DNA of 33,175 nt from a virus (Duplodnaviria; Heunggongvirae; Uroviricota; Caudoviricetes): the IMG/VR virus record IMGVR_UViG_3300035034_003552; one strand, given 5' to 3'. This document shows, in pieces, positions 26,601 to 33,175 of the stretch. Below the pieces are notes generated by a model that had not been told where the DNA came from, did no database searches, and was given only the letters and a program-made list of their open reading frames with translations. The position numbers and the translations under genes were made by a program. Numbering within the stretch: position 1 is the stretch's first letter; every line of letters begins with the position of its first letter.

Positions 26601-28983
26601 ATACGGTGATGGGGGTGGACTTATTCACTATGCCGGTCTAGACGATTCCGCTATAGGTCTTAATGTTTATCCTGGATTACCAGAACTTGTAGAAAAAGAA
26701 AGAACAAGATTTGGCAGCTTCGTCAGAGGATTTTTAGGAGAGCCCAGATCAGATGAACAAAACATGAACTTCTATCTATACAATCAAACCCCCTGGGATA
26801 TTTTCCACAAGCTCTCTTATGCGTTAGAAGACTTTATAGTGAGTGCGGAACCATTTGAATTAAGGAGCACTCTTTATTATGGCAAGCCAGACTGGCCGAT
26901 TACCTACGGATTCGGATATGATGGAGACTGGTCTTCAGTAGAACAAGCAAGTGATTTTGACCCTGGCAGTCTAGTGAATAAGAAAAAGACCTTCCAGCAG
27001 GCACACTTTATAAGCAGTAATTTAGACATCATAAACAATGGGATAAAAGCAAGCAGCAGAGATGTCCACACTTATGGAATAGCCTCTTATAAGGATGACA
27101 GGGTATATCATTCTGGATACAAAGAATATCATACCATGAAGGTCTGGGCGGATACGGATATAGATAACCAGTACCAGAAATTAATAAACGTAGATACAGG
27201 ACTTGTCCATAAGGGTATATTACCTTTCTGGTCAACGAAAAAAGTGGCAGAAAATATGGCCGCCTGCACAATCAGGGATAGCTTAAAAGATATGTACAAG
27301 GGAAATATTACAGTTATTGGTGATGCCAGCATAAAACCACATGACTATATAAATATGAATGACTCTTATAATATGATGAACGGTGCTTTTTCAGCAGAAC
27401 AGGTAGTACATCATATGGGTGTAGATACTGGTTTTGTAACTAATATAACACCAGACGCACTTAGTTATGTATCAAACGCTTCCCTTAAGCCTTACACATT
27501 CCTTGATGCTACTTTTGGAGCTGTTGGGGTTGCTACTACACTTGCCGGCCTAAAGGCTATAGCAAGAGTAAATGACGCAATGAATATAACTGACAAACTA
27601 AAAGTTCTTGGGAGTAGTTTTAAATGGGCTAAAAGCGGAAGTTCCATAGCAAGTGATGCAGCCTCTGGGGTGTTAAAATCCTTAAAAGGCAGCAAAACGG
27701 CAGCAGAGATAACCAGCAATATAAATTTACAGCTTGCCTCAAAGATAATGGATCAAGTAGACGAAGGGACAGATGCTTATAAAATAGCTCTGAAACTAAA
27801 GAATGGTACTTTAAAGATTTCCGATGCTGTCTCAGAACTTTCAGCCCTTTCTAATACGGGTAATAGTTCTGTAATAAAAAGCCTAGTTAACTCAGCCGAG
27901 ATAATGAGTAAGACAAGCAGTAAAATATCAAAAGCTGGAGATGCAGGTAAAGATGTATTTAGTGTTGCAAAAACAGTACTAAAGGGTGTCAAAAGCTCTA
28001 CTAGAGTAGTAAAGGTACTCGGATATTTAAAGACAATAGGTCTTTTATTAATAGCAGAAGGCATACAGGATCTATTCTTTAGGTGGGCCAAGAACCGACA
28101 GAGATGTATAGTTATTCCTATGAAAAAGGATAACAAGGAATTTTCGGCCGGGATAAAAGGCCACCAGGGATTAGTATGGGGAGAACCAAAGGGTTACTGG
28201 GATAAAGGAGTAAGTCTGGTAGGTAAGATAGGCGGAATCCCGATGTTTAACTTCGATATGTGGACAGATGATATGTACTCTCCAGGAAATACTGAAGATG
28301 ATCTAACAATAGGAAGAATATTTGATATGATAACTAGCTTATATGATGAAAGAGTGGAGCTAGCAGGATATGCGCCAATACCCACAACAAGAACAAAAAC
28401 TATCAAGAGTGAAGGTTATTTTGAAGAAGTGCTTGAAAAACAGCAGGAAGAAAATCCCGATGATGAATTCGAGCTCTATGACTACAAAGAAATATATGAT
28501 GAAGACTTTTATAGCTTCAACAGTGAGTCCGAAAGACGGCTAAATATAAGAACCATTGAAATAATGAGAGAACTGCAAAATCAGCTTGAAAGTTTTGGTA
28601 TGAACTCTGCAGATATAATAACTGGTCGCCACCAGAATGCAGCAGAAAAATTAGGACCAAATCCAAGTATAAATGTGTCGGGCACATTCCTTGACGGAAC
28701 GGTTTTTGATTTTGATTATTTCCTCAGGGGTATGTATGAAAATATTACTGGGCCACATGCGACCGGTTTTGCTGTGGATATAGAATATGAAAATCAGGAA
28801 GAAAAAGAGATTCTTATAGCCGCTATAGAAAACCTAAAGATAGGCCTGGATGGAGAAGCGGTTGGAAGTTATCTAATTAATAAAGACCAGAGCTATATAC
28901 AGATAGATGTATTAGGAAAATCATATAATGGGACAATATCAAGTTCTGATCTTCAATACGATGTAGACACAATAGCAAGATAA
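23602..28983 (+). CDS. Large multidomain baseplate hub protein (gp27/VgrG-like core) with duplicated N-terminal domain, hydrophobic region and C-terminal M15-like domain
   Basis: 'ILPGARVQIRMGYG...VFNGTIAEI...IMAQSDG' (about 26242..26400) and 'GNITVIGDASIKPHDYI...VEQVVHHM...GFVTNI' are typical hub motifs. Lies just before the spike/gp25/J genes. Confidence 0.72.
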   Translation: MAKEVFFGRDGIKKIIDERQNYKVEPVDDLDEVHGSPDNMYFMRIGDVQFLIPPTAIKTEKNVPSDKIHPLRSNKTLKYNNGHRLTRISVEIYFHNINSINGFKERNPVAGSRSDKNNSINKVNSNDYYIDGLRSLIAQFNKAPFLPIENEYINNVLGVDGVTLNGMQTETMDGFPNTLKCTLTMYEFNYRSYIPWIDEVVNDKFLAFKNIFNWPLFRYHYQKDIDNYKPIEGRQVSDEITFREVDEDQLRRRKEARTELTQNAEKYEKTLNDIRIEEDKFSESFLEDIESYNKGKTEYLELKEKQRIKGEDFSLGDLDKSPNNMITEKEGDFGAIKIESPSPALMELAVKGNRVSGSNTVLIYPEGHDKYNLEDEKLIDYIKNNEDKDAVERASARHNKLIMEKERLENQAQISEIELEMNKVPLDDLYLKSLSLKQENTVSQIRLDQQTEPAHQFFGGQDVLGYAEFQATSRETVAIFRRMLDAANEKTQNYRDEIMPGFFGVENDLLNLFGVDNIIVESANISTTQSPEVFNISIMFYEFSADQKDQEEINGISGNPDRVQPQKEELKNLNNINMVQNTLMLKKNLSSKSPYPDLNLPTFEEIRAFMDLHSEDLGGVREGLEPTYVDPDFYIMTMPDLIDFVMESLKDNSPIVLKDRYGQKTNFSTPDFNFDGGNDDSGGFRYNESVKNKNEEILDEVSGSAEETDEVDAKTYGNIRDDLEQTKQSNGEYELNSSMFDGNITSIEHPINGEVPTTNERFFGMLHDLINYSHQGRLSRAFPAFNLFFIEEGKELGQYKLWDNLYGVNGISSIDISKSRKQAADTCYIEISNIYNNLYNDSSKDPDIDEEDQYSFLNYFSDNLNQSMIDEHTELKDRLNILPGARVQIRMGYGSNLNSMPLVFNGTIAEINTNKKTVIMAQSDGAELTNLIPADKEEKTSRLNYGVEPRDIIMSILKQEVSLAKEIGKHVTAGKFFSQNYLGIEHFGKERRKYYDPSESYGDGGGLIHYAGLDDSAIGLNVYPGLPELVEKERTRFGSFVRGFLGEPRSDEQNMNFYLYNQTPWDIFHKLSYALEDFIVSAEPFELRSTLYYGKPDWPITYGFGYDGDWSSVEQASDFDPGSLVNKKKTFQQAHFISSNLDIINNGIKASSRDVHTYGIASYKDDRVYHSGYKEYHTMKVWADTDIDNQYQKLINVDTGLVHKGILPFWSTKKVAENMAACTIRDSLKDMYKGNITVIGDASIKPHDYINMNDSYNMMNGAFSAEQVVHHMGVDTGFVTNITPDALSYVSNASLKPYTFLDATFGAVGVATTLAGLKAIARVNDAMNITDKLKVLGSSFKWAKSGSSIASDAASGVLKSLKGSKTAAEITSNINLQLASKIMDQVDEGTDAYKIALKLKNGTLKISDAVSELSALSNTGNSSVIKSLVNSAEIMSKTSSKISKAGDAGKDVFSVAKTVLKGVKSSTRVVKVLGYLKTIGLLLIAEGIQDLFFRWAKNRQRCIVIPMKKDNKEFSAGIKGHQGLVWGEPKGYWDKGVSLVGKIGGIPMFNFDMWTDDMYSPGNTEDDLTIGRIFDMITSLYDERVELAGYAPIPTTRTKTIKSEGYFEEVLEKQQEENPDDEFELYDYKEIYDEDFYSFNSESERRLNIRTIEIMRELQNQLESFGMNSADIITGRHQNAAEKLGPNPSINVSGTFLDGTVFDFDYFLRGMYENITGPHATGFAVDIEYENQEEKEILIAAIENLKIGLDGEAVGSYLINKDQSYIQIDVLGKSYNGTISSSDLQYDVDTIAR

Positions 28984-28998
28984 AAAGGAGGGTGGATT

Positions 28999-29895
28999 AT
29001 GGCAGATAACCCACTTAGGCAAACAATAGTAGATATAGTCAGAGGAGAATTAAATAGATACCTGGAACCCCAGACGGCTACGGTATTAAAATATGAAAAA
29101 AAAGAAAATCTGGCAAAAATTAGAGTAGACGATATTAAAGCTGGAGGAATAAGGGTAATTGAAGATGTTCCAGTTAAAATAAGTAAAGGACTGATAGATT
29201 ACGGTATAAATCCCGGGGACCGGGTGATGGTAGAATTTCACTCGGGAGACCCAGATGCACCATACATCTCAATGCTGATGGATGAAAAGTATGAGAGTAA
29301 CACCAGAGAAAATAATAAAGCTCCAGAGGATGTACCCAAAACAGGGAACACTATAAATGGCTCGAAAGAATATGAAGACCCAGAAAGTAAAAGGTATATG
29401 GAAAACGGAAGAATGGGTATAATCCACCCTCAACATAAATCGACAATGAGAATAGATAACGAAAGTGGTGATGTAGACCTCATAGCATCTAAAAACCTTG
29501 TAGAAGGAGAAGATGACCCACAGGCCACTTCAGCATTTAGGGTAAGATCAGATGGAAATATAGAGTCCATAGCAGGCAGGGTTGATAACTACTCTGCTGA
29601 ATACAACATAAACACAGATAAGAACGGCTTTTATTACAATAATTATCCCTTAAATCAAAAGATGGCCGCGATGAACCAGGGTTTAATGTCTGGTGGTACA
29701 ACTAGAGCCAAAGAAAGTATCATGGCCACCAAAGAAGACATAAAAAGATTAATGGGTGCTATCCAGACATTACCAGGGGCTCAAGGAGTAAGATTAAAAG
29801 GGGCAAAGACATATGGTGATAAGAGAAGTAACATCATGACAGACTACGCTGAAAGAGCACATGATATAGTATCAGAATATTTCCCAGAATTGTAG
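28999..29895 (+). CDS. Putative baseplate central spike (gpV/gp5-like OB-fold N-terminus)
   Basis: 'ATVLKYEKKENLAKIRV...IEDVPV...INPGDRVMVEFHSGDPDAPYI'. RBS AGGAGG. Position supports the call. Confidence 0.65.
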   Translation: MADNPLRQTIVDIVRGELNRYLEPQTATVLKYEKKENLAKIRVDDIKAGGIRVIEDVPVKISKGLIDYGINPGDRVMVEFHSGDPDAPYISMLMDEKYESNTRENNKAPEDVPKTGNTINGSKEYEDPESKRYMENGRMGIIHPQHKSTMRIDNESGDVDLIASKNLVEGEDDPQATSAFRVRSDGNIESIAGRVDNYSAEYNINTDKNGFYYNNYPLNQKMAAMNQGLMSGGTTRAKESIMATKEDIKRLMGAIQTLPGAQGVRLKGAKTYGDKRSNIMTDYAERAHDIVSEYFPEL

Positions 29896-29905
29896 GTGAT
29901 ATAAA

Positions 29906-30328
29906 ATGAGTGATTATATAGATATTGATCTTAAAATGACCAAAGAAGGAGACCTTGCCCTCGGTGAGACCGATGAAGAAGGCAAACAGGACCTTGCTGT
30001 AACCGAGGACCTTGAATCACTGGAGCAGGATATTCACAATAGGATAATAACCAATTCCCCTGACTGGGAACTGCATACAGAAATAGGTGGAAACCTAGAG
30101 GATATAGTTGGCGAGAAAAATACAAGAGAGGTAGCAGAAATGGCAGAAGATAGATTACGTAAAACTCTAACCTTCGACTCCAGGATAAACAATGAAGATC
30201 TAAGTGTTACTGCCATACCTACAGCACATGATGAAGTCACATTTTATATAAAAGTAGATATAGAAAACAAGCTAGAGCCATTAGTAATACCAATACCATT
30301 CAACTTTATAAGAGGAATGATGAACTAA
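29906..30328 (+). CDS. gp25/gpW-like baseplate wedge / sheath initiator protein
   Basis: 'GDLA...LEQDIHNRIITNSPDWELHTEIGGNLEDIVGE...LRKTLTFDSRI'. 140 aa, upstream of baseplate J. Confidence 0.78.
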   Translation: MSDYIDIDLKMTKEGDLALGETDEEGKQDLAVTEDLESLEQDIHNRIITNSPDWELHTEIGGNLEDIVGEKNTREVAEMAEDRLRKTLTFDSRINNEDLSVTAIPTAHDEVTFYIKVDIENKLEPLVIPIPFNFIRGMMN

Positions 30329-30340
30329 AAGGAGGTAAAT

Positions 30341-31162
30341 ATGATACTAAATACTAAAAGTTATAACGAATTAATGGAAGAAGCTCTGTATCTTATACCC
30401 AGAAATACTGATATCACCAACTTCAAAGCGGGTGCGGTGGCTAGAAGCCTAACAGAAATACTCAATAAGAATCTATCTGATTATTACGGCAAACTATCAG
30501 TAAAAGACGCACTTGGTTTCCTATCAACCTCGGAAGGTGAACATCTTGATTTAATAGGTGAGATGCTTGATTGTACCAGAAAAGAAGGAGAAAGTGACGA
30601 AAACTATAGATACAGGATAGGCAACAAAGTAAATACTGCAGCCAAAGCAAATAAAACGGCGATAAGGTTGGCTTGTTTAAGTGTTGATGGAGTAAATGAC
30701 GTTAAGATGAAAAGATGGGTCCAGGGTACAGGATCTTTTGCAGTCTATATAGTAGCAGAGGAAGGAATAGTTTCAAATGAGTTACTGGATAAAGTCCAAG
30801 AAGAGATAAATGAAGTACAGGCCTTTGGTAATAAGGGAATAGCGGTAAGACCAGAGGAGATACCAATAGAGATCAAAGTAAGGTTAACCTACAACAGTGA
30901 CACAACAGAGATAGAAAGAAGAGATATAGCACTGAGTGTCCGTAGAAACTTAAGACAATACATACAGAATCTAGGCATCGGAGAAGACTTTATCATAAAT
31001 GAAGCAATAGAAAAAGTGATGTCTACTAATTCCAGTATCAAGAACATGAATATCTATCATCTAAGCTTAAAGAATGAACCGGTACTGTTAAGCGATCAGA
31101 CAGCCTACTGGGATGAAAGAATAGTGGAATCAGATAAGCCAAATTCCGTATATATAAGCTAA
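30341..31162 (+). CDS. Baseplate J-like wedge protein
   Basis: 'ITNFKAGAVARSL...FLSTSEGEHLDLIGEMLDCTRKEGESDENYRYRI...ACLSVDGV...GTGSFAVYI'. Confidence 0.82.
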   Translation: MILNTKSYNELMEEALYLIPRNTDITNFKAGAVARSLTEILNKNLSDYYGKLSVKDALGFLSTSEGEHLDLIGEMLDCTRKEGESDENYRYRIGNKVNTAAKANKTAIRLACLSVDGVNDVKMKRWVQGTGSFAVYIVAEEGIVSNELLDKVQEEINEVQAFGNKGIAVRPEEIPIEIKVRLTYNSDTTEIERRDIALSVRRNLRQYIQNLGIGEDFIINEAIEKVMSTNSSIKNMNIYHLSLKNEPVLLSDQTAYWDERIVESDKPNSVYIS

Positions 31163-31284
31163 TTTTAATAGAAACGGGATTTGGTTAGGAAAATGAGTTT
31201 CGACTTGGCAAAACACCCCCTAAAACGGGTATTATATATATAGAGGTACTTTTAATATAGACGTGCAAAAAAGGAGAGATTATA

Positions 31285-32664
31285 TTGTCATACAACGAAG
31301 AATATCCTTATTCTGATAAAACTAAAGAGATGTTTGAACTAATGCCGAGTTGGATGAAGATGGCAAAAGACAAAGACTCGGTAGGTCAGCAGTTTATGAA
31401 CTTCTTTGGTTTAAAGTTAGAAGAAATAGAGGATGTGTTAGATGAACTATTAGAAAACAGAATACTCATAACAAATAATACTGACCAGCCAGATATTATC
31501 TATAAATTCGATCTCCCCTCTGTTTATGTTAACAGTACAGATGTAACTATAATCGGAGCTGGACGAGAGCTAGAAGAAAAACAAAAGCTCAAAGAGTTTT
31601 ATAACACAAACGACACATTTATAATAGACGGAGAAAAAAATATAGCATATCTCAGAGACTCCTACGGTGGAGGCGATGGTGCTGAAGGCGTGGTGAGCGT
31701 AACCATTGAGTATAATGGAGAAGAAATATGGGACAAACGAGTAGGACTCAGGACACACCATGTATGGAATTCCTTAGACGAATTCGGAATGCTGCTCAGT
31801 CTGCCTAGAAATTATAACGAGAATAATATTAGATACAAGAATAGATTACTTAATGTTTTCAAGTACCTCCCGAACTCTACCCATAAAGGATTAACCTATG
31901 GGATATCAAATGAGCTCGGGCTCATAAAAACAGTAGACTGGGAAAACGACTCTGAAGACCTTGTAATAGAAGGTGAACAGATACTAAAAAGTTCCATAAA
32001 GATTGACGGAAAAAGAGTCGAAGATGACCAGTTAATTAAATTAAGCGATAGCAAATACAGTATAAAAGCCTTAAATGAAGATAAATCACATAAGGTTAAA
32101 TTCATACACGGGGTTGAGTTACATGCCCTTAACGATGAAGATGATATTAAATTTCAAAACAAGTTGTATAAGACGAATAAAACAGCCACAGAAAAACTAA
32201 AGTATTATGTAGACAGGATAACTAACGATATACCTTTGATGTGGGGTTCTTTCTTGTGGGATAAAGGCTGGTGGGATCCTGCCAATAAAGACCTGTTAGG
32301 AATAAGTTTCCTCCCATCTATCTGGGATCCAAATGTAGAAGACTGGATTTACCTAGAAGAGGAGAAAAGACAGCCCTTAGATGTAGAAGGTATGGAGCAT
32401 TTTATGTTCTCAAGTTATTATGATGAAAGCCAGCAAAACGGTAAGCTCGGTTTTAATAAGGGTAAATTGTACGGAATACCTGTAGGAGACTTCAGTTTTT
32501 CAAAGCAGGGTGATAAAGTCACAGAGGATGTATCAACCAGTTTCGATAAAGGTGAACTTGTTGATCTTGAAGTCGGAGAATTTAAGTTCTCAAGCAAACT
32601 GGGAGAAGTTGAATACAGCATGAAAGAAGGTTTCGATTATGGGTTATTCACAGAGGAGGGTTAA
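31285..32664 (+). CDS. Putative baseplate wedge protein (gpI/gp7-like); TTG start
   Basis: RBS AAGGAG then TTG. 'LDEFGMLLSLPRNYNENNIRYKNRLL...NSTHKGLTYGI' resembles gpI-type repeats. Follows baseplate J. Confidence 0.55.
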   Translation: MSYNEEYPYSDKTKEMFELMPSWMKMAKDKDSVGQQFMNFFGLKLEEIEDVLDELLENRILITNNTDQPDIIYKFDLPSVYVNSTDVTIIGAGRELEEKQKLKEFYNTNDTFIIDGEKNIAYLRDSYGGGDGAEGVVSVTIEYNGEEIWDKRVGLRTHHVWNSLDEFGMLLSLPRNYNENNIRYKNRLLNVFKYLPNSTHKGLTYGISNELGLIKTVDWENDSEDLVIEGEQILKSSIKIDGKRVEDDQLIKLSDSKYSIKALNEDKSHKVKFIHGVELHALNDEDDIKFQNKLYKTNKTATEKLKYYVDRITNDIPLMWGSFLWDKGWWDPANKDLLGISFLPSIWDPNVEDWIYLEEEKRQPLDVEGMEHFMFSSYYDESQQNGKLGFNKGKLYGIPVGDFSFSKQGDKVTEDVSTSFDKGELVDLEVGEFKFSSKLGEVEYSMKEGFDYGLFTEEG

Positions 32665-32671
32665 CATATAG

Positions 32672-33175
32672 ATGACAAAAAGACTAAAAGCTTTTCAATC
32701 TGGTATAGGTGATAATACAGATTTATTATCTAAAGCGCCAGAATCAATAGATATAGTAGAGAATTTTGATTACTATGTAAGACTAAAAGGGTTACAAAAA
32801 ACCAACAAAACTAGCTTTCCAAGAACTGAGTTTAACGGAATGTTGACCCTTCAGGCAACAGAAAAACAGGCAGACCACCCAAAAGAGGATTACAATTTAT
32901 TACTAAAGGGTTATCCTCTTTTCAAGACAAGTTATAAAGTTGAGAGTGAAGCTGAATATCAGCCGCTATCTTTTAATTACAAGATAAGTATTAAGACAAA
33001 TTCCTGGTATAGAGAAACAAACACCAAAAGTGGTGGAGTAGTAAATACTGGTCAATTGTACAAAGCCTCAACGACAAAGGTAGGTAATATAATAACTTCT
33101 GATCCCAACTTTCCTTCAGACTTGTTTGGTGGTACATATACCATAAAAAATATCACAATAGAAGAAGTCGGCACC
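32672..33175 (+). CDS. Baseplate/tail-fibre-associated protein, 3' truncated by the window end (at least 168 aa)
   Basis: RBS GAGGAGG at about 32653..32659, ATG at 32672. Frame is open to the end (MTKRLKAFQSGIGDNTDLLSK...TIEEVGT). Not in the ORF track because there is no stop. Function is positional only. Confidence 0.7.
   Translation, partial: MTKRLKAFQSGIGDNTDLLSKAPESIDIVENFDYYVRLKGLQKTNKTSFPRTEFNGMLTLQATEKQADHPKEDYNLLLKGYPLFKTSYKVESEAEYQPLSFNYKISIKTNSWYRETNTKSGGVVNTGQLYKASTTKVGNIITSDPNFPSDLFGGTYTIKNITIEEVGT

Larger units (their letters stand above)
1..33175 (+). mobile_element. Neck-tail-baseplate morphogenesis module of a large myovirus-type phage (or prophage/phage-plasmid)
   Basis: All credible genes are co-oriented and nearly abutting. 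Neck, sheath, tube, G/GT chaperone, TMP, hub, spike, gp25-like and baseplate-J genes occur in canonical myovirus order. No integrase, att site or host gene is in the window, so lifestyle cannot be determined. Confidence 0.93.

Noticed and set aside
16538-28983. Inteins, further introns, CRISPR arrays, tRNAs or DGR repeats
   Set aside because: No intein block motifs, no further R/S intron elements, no spaced direct repeats or cloverleafs were seen by eye. A covariance or HMM scan would be needed to exclude them fully.
148-32621. Numerous minus-strand and alternate-frame ORFs (e.g. 751..1140, 4564..5064, 7887..8237, 13942..14166, 25587..25913, 27777..28136)
   Set aside because: All overlap long, motif-bearing + strand genes. 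Their Ser/Leu/Phe-rich composition is the expected antisense shadow of A/G-rich coding DNA, and none has a recognisable motif.
1-33175. Tailocin / extracellular contractile injection system instead of a phage
   Set aside because: Neck (head-joining) genes, a G/GT chaperone, a very long TMP and a polymerase cargo fit a DNA-delivering phage. The capsid genes probably lie outside the window, so this is not formally excluded.
1-33175. Stop-codon reassignment (no TGA stop among the called genes)
   Set aside because: All genes are intact and dense under code 11. About 19 TAA/TAG stops in an AT-rich genome is not enough evidence.
1-33175. Halophilic host inferred from acidic structural proteins
   Set aside because: Acidic sheath and neck proteins are common in phages and the giant proteins are also Lys-rich, so the host cannot be assigned from this.

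Overview
The window is a single + strand, tightly packed virion-morphogenesis region of a large contractile-tailed phage (myovirus). A low-GC Firmicutes-type host is inferred from the strong AGGAGG/AAGGAG ribosome-binding sites and occasional TTG/GTG starts. Gene order: patatin-like phospholipase (5' truncated), Ig/transthyretin-like virion protein, two neck proteins, a short sheath paralog, tail completion protein, main sheath, tail tube, two tube paralogs, tail-assembly chaperone, tape-measure-like protein, a 2348-aa giant, baseplate hub, spike, gp25-like, baseplate J-like and wedge proteins. The standout is 16538..23584. By eye it aligns, in order, with conserved motifs of both the beta and beta' subunits of cellular two-barrel RNA polymerases (catalytic NADSDGD), and it carries an apparently intact N-terminal DEDDh 3'-5' exonuclease and a C-terminal Gly/Ala hydrophobic helix. 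It looks like a single-chain, exonuclease-fused virion RNA polymerase encoded inside the tail module. Other hidden features: a 312-nt ORF-less group IA2-type self-splicing intron splitting the tail tube gene (7662..7973), a -1 frameshift (A AAA AAG) in the chaperone gene, a degenerate staphylococcal-nuclease domain in the tape-measure-like protein, and a degenerate M15-type peptidase domain plus an internal domain duplication in the hub. All family assignments come from manual motif recognition, not database searches.
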